64,000 bases of DNA from an uncultured delta proteobacterium (GTDB lineage Bacteria; Desulfobacterota; Binatia; Binatales; Binataceae): assembly GCA_963724765.1 (NCBI GenBank), contig CAVRVY010000001.1, positions 1,312,001 through 1,376,000 of the forward strand, read 5' to 3'. The notes under the pieces were generated by a model that was not told the origin of the DNA, ran no database searches, and saw only the letters and a program-made list of their open reading frames with translations. Below, in pieces: positions 29,113-40,143 of this stretch. The position numbers and the translations under genes were made by a program. Every line of letters begins with the position of its first letter. Positions within the stretch are counted from its first letter, which is position 1.

Positions 29113-29787
29113 TCAGAGCTTCCTGACCGCCGGTCTGCGCTCTCCCGACCATCGATACTCGTAAAACCCACCCTGACGGACCCGAGTGACGAGCCGCGGC
29201 CTGAAGCAGGCGAGACAGGTTCCGCCCCGGTCGCGAACGCAGGGGTAAATAATTCCGTTGGAGCTATGGTCAAGCAGCCTGCGGCCTAGCCGTTGTGAGG
29301 CCGCATAACTGTCGGGATTCAAGTACTTCGAGAAGCGCCGGGCGCGAAGGTCATGAAAGGCTGCATTGAAGTCCGCAAGATAGGCCGCCATCTGGACGAA
29401 CGTATCGAACCATCCGCCGATCTCCTCCAGCTCTCGCGTGCGGTGGTAAATAGCCTCCTCGTGTGCGGTCTTGAGCGCGAATCCCGCATACCAGGCGCCG
29501 CGATTGGGATCATTGAAACGGCCGCCATCGGGGCGGGGATGGCAAAACGCCGCCATGACCACCGTGGCCATCGGCCGTCCGGTGAGCCATTCGTCCCTTG
29601 GGATGGTATACAGAACACCCAACTCGGCGCTGATCCGGTCGTTGGTCCATCCCTCGAGCTCGAAAATCGCTTCGAGGTCCTCCGATGAAGCGACGGCGTC
29701 GAAGATTCCGATCGAAGGATAGCGGCTGGGGATCAGTCGGTAGGTTGCGCGTCTGGCGAGATGGACCAGCGGTGGCTTCAGTTCCAC
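29113..29787 (-). CDS. RES-domain toxin (NAD+ phosphorylase family)
   Basis: YRLIPSRYP, GGRFN...GAWYAG...TAHEE, YAASQRLG, GIIYPCVR. GTG start at 29787 overlaps the antitoxin stop. Confidence 0.85.
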   Translation of the reverse strand: MELKPPLVHLARRATYRLIPSRYPSIGIFDAVASSEDLEAIFELEGWTNDRISAELGVLYTIPRDEWLTGRPMATVVMAAFCHPRPDGGRFNDPNRGAWYAGFALKTAHEEAIYHRTRELEEIGGWFDTFVQMAAYLADFNAAFHDLRARRFSKYLNPDSYAASQRLGRRLLDHSSNGIIYPCVRDRGGTCLACFRPRLVTRVRQGGFYEYRWSGERRPAVRKL

Positions 29788-30248
29788 GCGCCGCGCCGGG
29801 CGTCGAGCAAACGCCTGACCCGATGAAGGCCGTCGATCCCGCCGTCGATCATCAACTCCAGCGGCGGCTTGCCCCCCAGCAGCGGATTCGCGTTGCGAAG
29901 CCTGACCCATTGGTCCGCGAGCTCGGCCTGGGGGTAGAGGATGTGAAGAGCCTTGTAGATTCCGAGGACCAGCGAAATCCTGCTCAGCATGTCGAAGGAG
30001 AGTGTGCCGGTCTGGCCGGCCTTGTACTTGTGATAGGTGGAGGGGGCCGGCCAGCCCAGAAGCCCACGCTGCTGGTTGACGCTGAGATCCCATGCCGCGC
30101 AGATGTTGAGGAAGGTCCGCATCGCGGGCGCGGAGAGCCGCCGGCGCACCTCGGGGTCATGACGGCCGGGTGTGGCGTCATGCAAACGCTCCAAACCATC
30201 GCTCAGTCTCTCGGGCAGAACCATCCGCCGGTCTCTCCTTATGGACAC
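29778..30248 (-). CDS. Xre/MbcA/ParS-type antitoxin
   Basis: HTH region (WDLSVNQQRGLLG...STYHKYK) and C-terminal WVRLRNANPLLGGKPPLELM...GLHRVRRLLDA. It lies directly upstream of the RES gene. Confidence 0.88.
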   Translation of the reverse strand: MSIRRDRRMVLPERLSDGLERLHDATPGRHDPEVRRRLSAPAMRTFLNICAAWDLSVNQQRGLLGWPAPSTYHKYKAGQTGTLSFDMLSRISLVLGIYKALHILYPQAELADQWVRLRNANPLLGGKPPLELMIDGGIDGLHRVRRLLDARRGAWN

Positions 30249-30305
30249 TCTACTCCATATATGGAGAATGCGGCAATCGGGTCAAAGTTGGAAGATGTTC
30301 CGCGT

Positions 30306-31448
30306 CTATGGGATCGTCACCGCAACGCCGGTTTTGCGCGCGACGTAGCCGCTTAGCAGGCGCAACATCGACGGCGTGACCTCGCTTATCGCGCCGGGGC
30401 GAAAGCCGACGCTGTGCGGCCCCCGCTCCCGCATCATCCCGAGTATCGAGAGCCGAAGCGTCCCCGCGAGGCCCTGGTAGTACTGTAAGCGTCGCAAGTC
30501 CATCGGGGCGGTGGCATGGTAGAGCGAGAGGTAGAGCGCGTTGAACGTGCGGCGCAGGTTGTTCCCGGCCGCGTTATCGCGCATCCAGCGCGGATGCTCC
30601 ATCGCGCTGGTCGACAGGATTACCGCCGTGGTGGCGACGTCGAAATGGCGGTCACCGACCGCTGCGTTGGCCCAATCGATAACCCCTGTCACGCGGAATC
30701 CGCTAACCAGGACATTTTGCGGATGATAGTCCAGGTGGAGAAACGAGGGTGGGGCGTCTTTGAACTCCGCTGCGCGACGGCGCAAACGCTCAAGCGCCGC
30801 GGCCAGCCCCGGCAGCGGACCCTGCTCGACGCGCGCCGCGACGGTCTCTAGAGTGCGTTCGAGCAGGCGCGCCGCCGCGCCTTGTGCGTCATCCTTCGCA
30901 CGATTTTCCGTACCATCTTGCGACGGGCGCACGAGTCCCGGCTGATTCGTGGCACCCGGCGCTCTGAGCGCCTCGAGCGCGAACGGCGCGACCGCCATCC
31001 GATGCAACCGTGCCTGCGTGCGCACGAATCCCAGGAAGCCCATCGAGAACGTCCGGAACGCTTGCGGGAAAGAGCGAACCGCAAAAAGCGGTCCGCCGCC
31101 GAGGCGTTCCATCACCAGAAATGGCGCACCGATAGCTGCGCCGCTCGGCTCGAACAGGTAGGGCCGCGGCACGGGATAGCCGGCGCTGGCCAGATAACTG
31201 AGGGTGCGGAATTCCAACGCCCCCTTGTCGGCCGCCTCGACGCTTGGATAGAAGCGCAGCACCAGCGGCGCGCCCGGCTCGACTCCGGTGAGCGTCCCGG
31301 TGCGGCTGCGCAACTCGAATTCGTACAGCGTCGTTTCCCATCCGCTCGCCAGCACGCGCAGATGCTCGACGCCGGCGCCGAGGTAAAGGGAAAGGGCGGC
31401 GGCCAGGGTTTCAGGCTCGGCGGGGAGTTGAGGCGAGGCGTCCGGCAC
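30306..31448 (-). CDS. Aminoglycoside phosphotransferase / choline-kinase-like family protein
   Basis: YPVPRPY, FLVMERL, Brenner motif LHLDYHPQNVL, VIDW...GDRHFD. Confidence 0.8.
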   Translation of the reverse strand: MPDASPQLPAEPETLAAALSLYLGAGVEHLRVLASGWETTLYEFELRSRTGTLTGVEPGAPLVLRFYPSVEAADKGALEFRTLSYLASAGYPVPRPYLFEPSGAAIGAPFLVMERLGGGPLFAVRSFPQAFRTFSMGFLGFVRTQARLHRMAVAPFALEALRAPGATNQPGLVRPSQDGTENRAKDDAQGAAARLLERTLETVAARVEQGPLPGLAAALERLRRRAAEFKDAPPSFLHLDYHPQNVLVSGFRVTGVIDWANAAVGDRHFDVATTAVILSTSAMEHPRWMRDNAAGNNLRRTFNALYLSLYHATAPMDLRRLQYYQGLAGTLRLSILGMMRERGPHSVGFRPGAISEVTPSMLRLLSGYVARKTGVAVTIP

Positions 31449-31545
31449 GGCGAGGCGAGCGTAGTATGCGCGTCACCCGCGGCGCAATTGCCTATGGCAG
31501 CCAGCCGCGACCGTGCCGCAGGAATCTATGGGGTCTTGCGGATAG

Positions 31546-32793
31546 CTACTTCGACGACGCGCCGGGCTGCGGCGGCTCCGGGGCGTCGGGATTCGCTGGC
31601 GCGGAGCCCGGCCGGGCAGGGTTCGATTGCGAGGTAGCCGGCGCCTGCTCCGAGGGCGGAAATACATGGTAGTTCTGCGTACCGTCTTCCAGCGGCTTCA
31701 TCCGTCGCATCGTCTCGGGAATGGCTCCGTGCTCTCCGTAAGTGTGCTGGAGCGTGGACGTGAGCAGCGGCCCGCGCGTGTCGGAGATGTCGACAGTGAC
31801 CTCGACCGAAAGGCCCATCCGCAGCGGTTTGTCGGGCGGCTCGGGCTGGTCGAGCACTACCTTGACCGGTATGCGCTGCACGACTTTGACCCAGTTGCCG
31901 GTGGCGTTTTCCGGCGGCAGCAAGGCGAAGGCCGAGCCGGTGCCGATACTGATGGAATCGACGTGGCCACGGTAGATGTAGCCGGGGTAGATGTCGGCTT
32001 CGATCTCGGCTGGCTGGCCGACGCGCACGTCGGTGAGTTGGGTTTCCTTGTAATTGGCGGTGATGTAGAGCCCGCGGAGCGGAACCAGCGCCATCAGCGG
32101 CTGCCCGACTTCGACGCGATGCCCGACGTGGACGTTTTTGCGCGTCACGATTCCGTCGAAGGGCGCCTTGATTACCGTGTAGCTCAGGTTGAGTCTGGCG
32201 GCTTCCAGCGCGGCGTCGGCCTGTTGAACCACCGGCCGCTCGTAGTGCGAATGGTCCTCGCCGTTGGTGCCCAGGGCGGCCTCAGCCTGCATCAATTGAT
32301 GGCTGGCCAGCCCCTCGGTGGCGAGCGCTACGCGCCACGCCGTGTTCGCCTGGTCGTAGTATTCACTGGACACCACGCCCTGCGCCTTTAGTTGTTTCGC
32401 CCGATTGTAGTCGATACGGGCCTGATTGAGTTGCGATTCGGCGAGCCTTACGCCCGAGCGCGCGGCCTCGACCTGCGCGTAAAGCTGGTCGACGGTCTGA
32501 CGCGCACGCTGCAGCTGGGCCTCGGCGCCGTTGACCTGGACCTGGTAGTCGCGCGGGTCTAGCTCGAGCAGCGTTTCGCCGGCCTTGACCCGCCAGTTTT
32601 CCTCGACGAAGACCTTGACCACGGTGCCGCTGATCCGCGAGGAGATTAGCCCGATAGAACCATCGACGTAGGCGTCATCGGTGGAGACGTGGGAATTGAA
32701 GTAGCGGTAGTACCTGAGAGCCGGGAAAATGGCTGCCACTATAAGGATCGCCACCGCGACCAGCAGAATCCGGCGAAACCAAATCGATTTCAT
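31546..32793 (-). CDS. EmrA/HlyD-family membrane fusion protein
   Basis: VSTDDAYV, ANYKETQL and ALLPPENATGNWVKVVQRIPV (EmrA signature). Confidence 0.9.
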   Translation of the reverse strand: MKSIWFRRILLVAVAILIVAAIFPALRYYRYFNSHVSTDDAYVDGSIGLISSRISGTVVKVFVEENWRVKAGETLLELDPRDYQVQVNGAEAQLQRARQTVDQLYAQVEAARSGVRLAESQLNQARIDYNRAKQLKAQGVVSSEYYDQANTAWRVALATEGLASHQLMQAEAALGTNGEDHSHYERPVVQQADAALEAARLNLSYTVIKAPFDGIVTRKNVHVGHRVEVGQPLMALVPLRGLYITANYKETQLTDVRVGQPAEIEADIYPGYIYRGHVDSISIGTGSAFALLPPENATGNWVKVVQRIPVKVVLDQPEPPDKPLRMGLSVEVTVDISDTRGPLLTSTLQHTYGEHGAIPETMRRMKPLEDGTQNYHVFPPSEQAPATSQSNPARPGSAPANPDAPEPPQPGASSK

Positions 32794-32981
32794 TTTGCCG
32801 TCGCGGCGCCCCTCGAGTCCATGCCTGAACTAACCAGTCCGCTCCATGCGATAATGAGTACAGCCCTCATAACGAACCTTTCAGATCACAGGGAAGAGGC
32901 GGCTCGGCAAATCTAGCCTGTCCGCCCCGCGCCGTCCACTATGCGCGGCACGGCCGCCTCAGTCGTATGCCGTGACCTATG

Positions 32982-33710
32982 CTAAGGGAACTTGATGAGC
33001 AGGCGAGGGCCCCCGGCCGCCTGCACCGCGACCGCGCCGTCGGAGAGGATATCGGCAAAGATAGTTCCTCCCTCGTCGACCGAATTGATTATCGCGTCCA
33101 CCCGCGCGTCAGGATGCTCGAACAGAAACAGGGCCGGGGAGCGTGCTTCGACCACGAAGCTCAGCGACAAATCCTCGACCAGCCCGTTGATCAGCCCGCC
33201 CGACGGTCCTTTGACGAAGATCATGACGTTGGGGTTCGCGTTCGGAGCGATTCCAGGCAGGCCGCCGAAGGTCTGCACTACCGTGGTGCCGAACGGATCG
33301 TTGGTCGATTCTTCAGCCACCAGGTTGTTGCCACTGATCAGCTCGGCAGTCAGCAAGGCGGCGCCGTTGGTGAGCTTGGTGACTGTCATCTGCACGCCCG
33401 GCGAACCGTTGATGACCACCACCGATTCGGGCACCACCCCCCGAAACGTCCACGACTGCGAGCTATCGGTGACCACGGCCTGAAAGGGCGTGCCCGGCGT
33501 GCCGAGCACCCACAGGCTGGCCTGTTGCGGAATAGAGGAAGTCTGACCGGGCGAGGTTGGATTAGCCGTGCCGAAGGCGCCCCCGCATGCCGCGCAGGCG
33601 AAGGCGAGGATCGCAAGCGCGCCGCGGTGCGCGGCGGCCGACCATTTTGATATACGCTTCGCGTTTGATTCGCGCTTCGCGCTCATGACTGATGCGGTGA
33701 TGGGGGTCAT
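32982..33710 (-). CDS. Putative lipoprotein, function unknown
   Basis: ATG overlaps the upstream stop (ATGA, 33707-33710). Lipobox-like FACAAC-GG; beta-rich body. Confidence 0.6.
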   Translation of the reverse strand: MTPITASVMSAKRESNAKRISKWSAAAHRGALAILAFACAACGGAFGTANPTSPGQTSSIPQQASLWVLGTPGTPFQAVVTDSSQSWTFRGVVPESVVVINGSPGVQMTVTKLTNGAALLTAELISGNNLVAEESTNDPFGTTVVQTFGGLPGIAPNANPNVMIFVKGPSGGLINGLVEDLSLSFVVEARSPALFLFEHPDARVDAIINSVDEGGTIFADILSDGAVAVQAAGGPRLLIKFP

Positions 33711-35784
33711 GGGACCGTTACGCCGTTGTTGTTGACGCATACCAGGCACTGTGCGCTTCCGGTACCGCAGATGCTGTTGCACGGCTGAGCGACCTGCAGC
33801 GGCGGCGTCATCAGCTCCGGAACCGGAGTGCCTACCGGCGAAGGTTCCGCGGCCGGGGGACTCGCCTCGAAGCGTTGCAGCTCGTAGGACGCGGGATCGG
33901 CCGGCGCGCAGAGCGAGAACTGGCCTGGGACGGGACCAAACTTCGCGCCGACTCCCGTCGACATCAATTGCACTCCATCCTTGGACAGTACGATCGAGGT
34001 ACCGTCGTCGAAGGTCGCGGTCGAGCCCATGATCGACCCGTGTCCCGCGCATTGCATCGAGAGGATCGGATGGGTCGCGGCGGTTCCGCAACGCGAGGCC
34101 GGCACGAACGCGCTCAGCACCGCGATGGTGTGGCCGCTCGCTTTTTCCGGCAACCCGTTGAAGTAGTCGCTGACGGTCGCGTACAGGTCCAGCGAGGCGA
34201 CGCTGCTCTGCTCAGGCACGAACATCGTGAACGGCGCGGTGTTGGAACCGACCGGCACCGTAGCCAGCGCGACGTTCTCGATACTATGCGTGCCGTGGTC
34301 TTCCGCCGTTACCAGTACGTTAAGCGCCCGCGGGCTGGGAACCGGCGGGCTGATCGTGACCAGGCCCTCGATTGTCGATCGCCCAAGGGCGAAATTGCAT
34401 GAGCTGCCCGTGCCTGCCGAGCATACGGCGCCGCCGCTCACCGACATGCTCGTGGCCACCGTGTCGTAGCCGGCGTCCGTGACGACCATCGTGTAGCTGC
34501 CGTTGGGGACTTGCGTGAAATTCTGCACGACGAAGTTGCTGCCCGGCAGCGGGTAGGTGCCGGTGTCGTCCGTATTGGCGCTCGCCAGCACGACGCAGCC
34601 CGAAGGCGTCGGGACCTGCGTGCAATCGGCCCCGCTGCCCTTTGCTGGCGCCACGATCTGCAGCGTGGCGCCCTGCAGCGCCATTCCCGAACAGGCGTCG
34701 GTCACCTTGCCGGTGAGCGCGATCTGGCCGGCCGGCGCCGCATCGAGCTGCACCGAAGTTACTTTGCTCGGCTGGGCCAGCACGTTATGCGCGAACGCGT
34801 AAGCGAAACCCGGACCCGAGGCAACCAGGTCGTACAGCGTTCCTTGCGCGCTGGCCGGCAATAGCAACTGGTATTGCCCGCCGCCCGTGGTCGTCGTCTC
34901 GACCACGTCGCCGGTGTTCGACAGCTCCGCCGCGACTCTGCTGGCCCCAAACGCGGCGCCGGTTACCAGTCCTAAATAATTCGGGATGGTGGGCGCCAGC
35001 GTGATACTGGGCGAGAATTGGTAAAGGCCGCCACTGAAGGTCGGCCGTCCGGGAAATCCCTGGACCCCGGGAGTTACCGGCGTGATGTTAATGACCATGG
35101 CGGTCAGTCCATTGAGCGGCACGCTCACTCCCGCAAAGCTCATGGTCGTCAGGTATTGTTGGGGATTGACCAGCGATATTTGCGACGCGATACATCCCTC
35201 GAGCAGACTTTGGGGATTTTCCAAACAGGTCGGTATGACGGTGCCGGCGTTGCTCCCGTCGAGCACCAACTCGATCGCATGGTAAGTGTTGGCGGGCACC
35301 AGGTAGCTGTTGAAGAGCGTCGGCACCGACTGAATATGGTTGATGTCGACCTGCAGTTCACTAACGCCGACGCCGGCGCCGGCCGGGTTGGGACCGGTGG
35401 TATTGAGATTGAACAGCGTCGCGAGCTGGGTGAATACGTTCACCGTGCCAAGGTTATTAAGACCGACCCCGGGAGCCACCGGGATCGTTGTCCAGTTGGG
35501 GTCGCCCTGGTTCTGGAAGATGTAGGGATCGGTGCTAGGGTTGAGCTTCACCGCCTCGACGTTGAATGAAAGGGTCTGGAAACCGGGAGTGTAAGACAGA
35601 AACGGTGGTGGCGTCGGTGAGGGGGGGCCCCGGTCAGAGCGATCACGATGGTGCCCGCGGGGCCTGAGACCCCGCTGGAGATGGGTTGGCTATGGCCGGT
35701 CCCGATCGGCACCAGCGTTGCCACTAACATCAACATGGGCGCGAGCAGAGCGGCCGCTGCCCGCCAGGACGATAACTGTTTCAC
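33707..35784 (-). CDS. Large secreted beta-sandwich protein (DUF4382-like plus carboxypeptidase-regulatory-like domains), frameshifted at a G7 tract (~35621-35627)
   Basis: The signal peptide is in ORF 35548..35853 and the mature part in ORF 33707..35551. One extra C joins them (…ALTGAPPSPTPPPFLSYTPGFQTLSFNVEAVKLNPS…). Motifs LTGKVTDA, TDDTGTY, GSYTMVV...GY. Confidence 0.65.
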
Positions 35785-35939
35785 TCGTGAAGCCTGCAAC
35801 AGAGATTTCGGTTCCCGCTTGGGATAACCTAACGTAGGAGCGAAGGCAAGCAACCAGGTTTATCGCGTGACGTAATCGGGACGTGGGGCTTGACTGTATG
35901 GCTTGAAGATCCGGAGAGTTTTGGGAGAATTCTGTTGAC

Positions 35940-37592
35940 ATGAAGCGTATCTCACCAGCCGCGACCGGCCCGGCGCTGATCCTTGCCGCGCTCTTCGCTT
36001 TTCAGTTGTGCGCCGCTGCCGGCGCGCTCGCCGCGATGCAAGTCGTGGTCGGCAATCCCGGCCTGCAGCACTTCGACTCGGACGGCGGGGTCGAGCTCGA
36101 TTTCGGCTTGACCGATCAGAACGGCCAGCCAGTGGGCAATCTGCGCCCGGATAATTTACAGGTCTTCGAAGACGGCAAGCTGGCCAAGATTCTTGATTTT
36201 CGCGGTGTAGGGCAGGGCCGCCCGGTCGACATCGTGTTCGTGATGGACGTGACCGAGTCGATGCAGCCGTATATCGATGCGATCAAGCAGAACATGGTGA
36301 ATTTCGCCCACGACCTCGCCTCCAACAATCGCGACTATCGCCTGGGCCTGGTGACGTTCGAGGACTACGTGGTCTCGAAATACCCCGACTGCAATTGTCC
36401 CTATCAGAAGACCATGACCTCGGACGTAAACCAGTTCATCAACTGGGTCGGCACCCTGCACGCCTCGGGCGGCGGCGATATTCCCGAGGATCAGCTCGAC
36501 GCACTCGCCTACGCCTCGAGTTTCCCGTTCCGTCCCAAGGCCCAGGGCATTATCATCATCATCACCGACGCCCCACCGCATCATAAGGGCGACGGCTCGG
36601 CCAACACCCAGCACGACCAGGCCTTCTGGGACCACCATCAGAAGGGTCAGGACGTAACCGACCTGACCGGCAGCGACGTCGCCGCGATGATGAAGCGCAA
36701 CGGGCTGACGCTGTACGCGGTGGTACCGCCGCCGTTCATCGCGCCCGAGTACGCCGAGATCGTCGAGACCACCCACGGCCGCTCCTACAACATCGTGACC
36801 GAGGAAGGCCGCTTCGCTTCGCTGGTGCGCGAGATCGGACATTCGATCGCGACCGAGTACTCGCTGACCTATCGCACGCCGCGGCCGATCGAAGACGGCA
36901 CCGACCGCACGGTCGAACTCAAGATTAACTACGAAGGCCAAACCGGCTCCGCCACTACTTCTTACCAGGTGCACGGCGTTGGCGGCGCGACTATCAACGT
37001 GCCGGAAGAGGGCGCCGAAGCGGGCACCAACCTGGGCGGCACGGGACTTCAGCAGTTGTCCTTCAACTGGTGGAACCTGGCGGTGCCGCTGATCGCGATC
37101 ATGGGGCTCTTTGGGCTCTCGCGGATGCGTTTCGGGCTCTCAACCGAGGAACTCAAGGCGATTGTCGAGGCGCAGAACCAGCCCGCGCCAGCGCCGCCAA
37201 CGGGTCCTGCCGCGCGCGCGCCGGTTACCGCGCGGCCCACACCCCCCGCACGCACCGTTTCAGCCGCGCCGCCACCTTCCTCCACTCCGATGACGGCGGA
37301 TGAGGCGCGGCTCAGCCTGCTCGAAGCGATCGACCCGGTGCCGGCCGAGTACAGCCTGTTCAAGGACGAGGTTTCGCTGGGGCGCGGCGAGGACAACGAC
37401 GTGGTAATTCCCCACGCGAGCGTCTCGCGCGCGCACGCCCGCCTGATGCGTCGCAACGGGGTCTTCGAGCTGACCGATCTCAACTCGACCAACGGCAGTT
37501 TCGTCAACGAGCAGCAGGTGCACGGTTCGGTGCGCGTCAGCAGCGGCAACCAGGTGCGCCTGGGCGACGTACGTTTCGTGCTGCGCTACTGA
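35940..37592 (+). CDS. Membrane protein: signal peptide, VWA domain, TM helix, Pro-rich linker, FHA domain
   Basis: MIDAS DIVFVMDVTESM, GGGDIPE, IITDAPPH; TM WWNLAVPLIAIMGLFGL; FHA LGRGEDND...VSRAHA...DLNSTNGSFVN. Confidence 0.9.
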   Translation: MKRISPAATGPALILAALFAFQLCAAAGALAAMQVVVGNPGLQHFDSDGGVELDFGLTDQNGQPVGNLRPDNLQVFEDGKLAKILDFRGVGQGRPVDIVFVMDVTESMQPYIDAIKQNMVNFAHDLASNNRDYRLGLVTFEDYVVSKYPDCNCPYQKTMTSDVNQFINWVGTLHASGGGDIPEDQLDALAYASSFPFRPKAQGIIIIITDAPPHHKGDGSANTQHDQAFWDHHQKGQDVTDLTGSDVAAMMKRNGLTLYAVVPPPFIAPEYAEIVETTHGRSYNIVTEEGRFASLVREIGHSIATEYSLTYRTPRPIEDGTDRTVELKINYEGQTGSATTSYQVHGVGGATINVPEEGAEAGTNLGGTGLQQLSFNWWNLAVPLIAIMGLFGLSRMRFGLSTEELKAIVEAQNQPAPAPPTGPAARAPVTARPTPPARTVSAAPPPSSTPMTADEARLSLLEAIDPVPAEYSLFKDEVSLGRGEDNDVVIPHASVSRAHARLMRRNGVFELTDLNSTNGSFVNEQQVHGSVRVSSGNQVRLGDVRFVLRY

Positions 37593-37748
37593 GTGGCGAG
37601 GCGGCGATAGCCGCGTCAACCGGCTTTGACGTTGAGAGGCTTTGAAGGTGCCGGCCCGCGCCAGCGCCTGCGTTGAGCCATTCCCTTCGTTTGGTGTAAC
37701 TTTGCTGCTTAACCCCCAGGAGGTCTGTCCCGTGCAGCCGTGTCGCCG

Positions 37749-39455
<1,707 letters not shown>

Positions 39456-39492
39456 GCTTACAAGTTCGCTACCACGTGGAAGGAAATTTCCG

Positions 39493-40035
39493 ATGGCGCG
39501 ATTGCCGTATGTCAGCCGCGAAGATCTGACTGTCGAGGAACGCGAGGTCTTCGACGAACACGAGCGCGCCCGCGGCGCTCCGCCCGGACATATCCATCGC
39601 GCGATCGCCAACGCGCCCAATCTGCTGCGGCGCTTCTCGGCGATGGCGCTCGAGTTGCGCAATCACACGAAGCTCGACCCCCGGCTGCGCGAACTCGCCC
39701 TGATGACCGTCGGGCGCATCGCGGGCGCCGAGTACGAATTCGTCCATCACTGGAATATCGCGCTGAACGTCGGCGTGCGCCGTGAGCAGCTCGAGCAGCT
39801 TGCGGACTTCGAGCGGGCGCCGGTCTTCAACGAACACGAGCGCGCCGTGATGCGCTACGCGGCCGAGGTCACCACCAATATCAAGGTCAGCGACGGGACC
39901 TTCGACGCGCTGCGCGAGTTTCTCGACCATCGCCGCATCATGGAACTGGCGATGAACGTCGCGTTCTACAACGCCGTGGTGCGGATAATTGTGCCGATCG
40001 GCGTCGAGCTCGAACCCGACGCGCGCAAGAACTGA
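39493..40035 (+). CDS. Carboxymuconolactone decarboxylase (CMD/AhpD-like) family protein
   Basis: MARLPY, LDPRLRELALM...YEFVHH, ERAVMRYAAE, IMELAMNVAFYN. Confidence 0.85.
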   Translation: MARLPYVSREDLTVEEREVFDEHERARGAPPGHIHRAIANAPNLLRRFSAMALELRNHTKLDPRLRELALMTVGRIAGAEYEFVHHWNIALNVGVRREQLEQLADFERAPVFNEHERAVMRYAAEVTTNIKVSDGTFDALREFLDHRRIMELAMNVAFYNAVVRIIVPIGVELEPDARKN

Positions 40036-40143
40036 TTTCGCCTGCCAAGCGCTTGCTCGATAAGCCCGGCTTTCCTTGCTTCACTTTTCGTTTAATGCGA
40101 AGCATGAGAGGTACGCAACTCTATCCAATGCGGAGATCTGCTG

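Noticed and set aside
37593-37748. ilv attenuator leader peptide
   Set aside because: No Leu/Ile/Val-rich short ORF with a terminator is visible. The missing adjacent ilvN is noted but not unusual.
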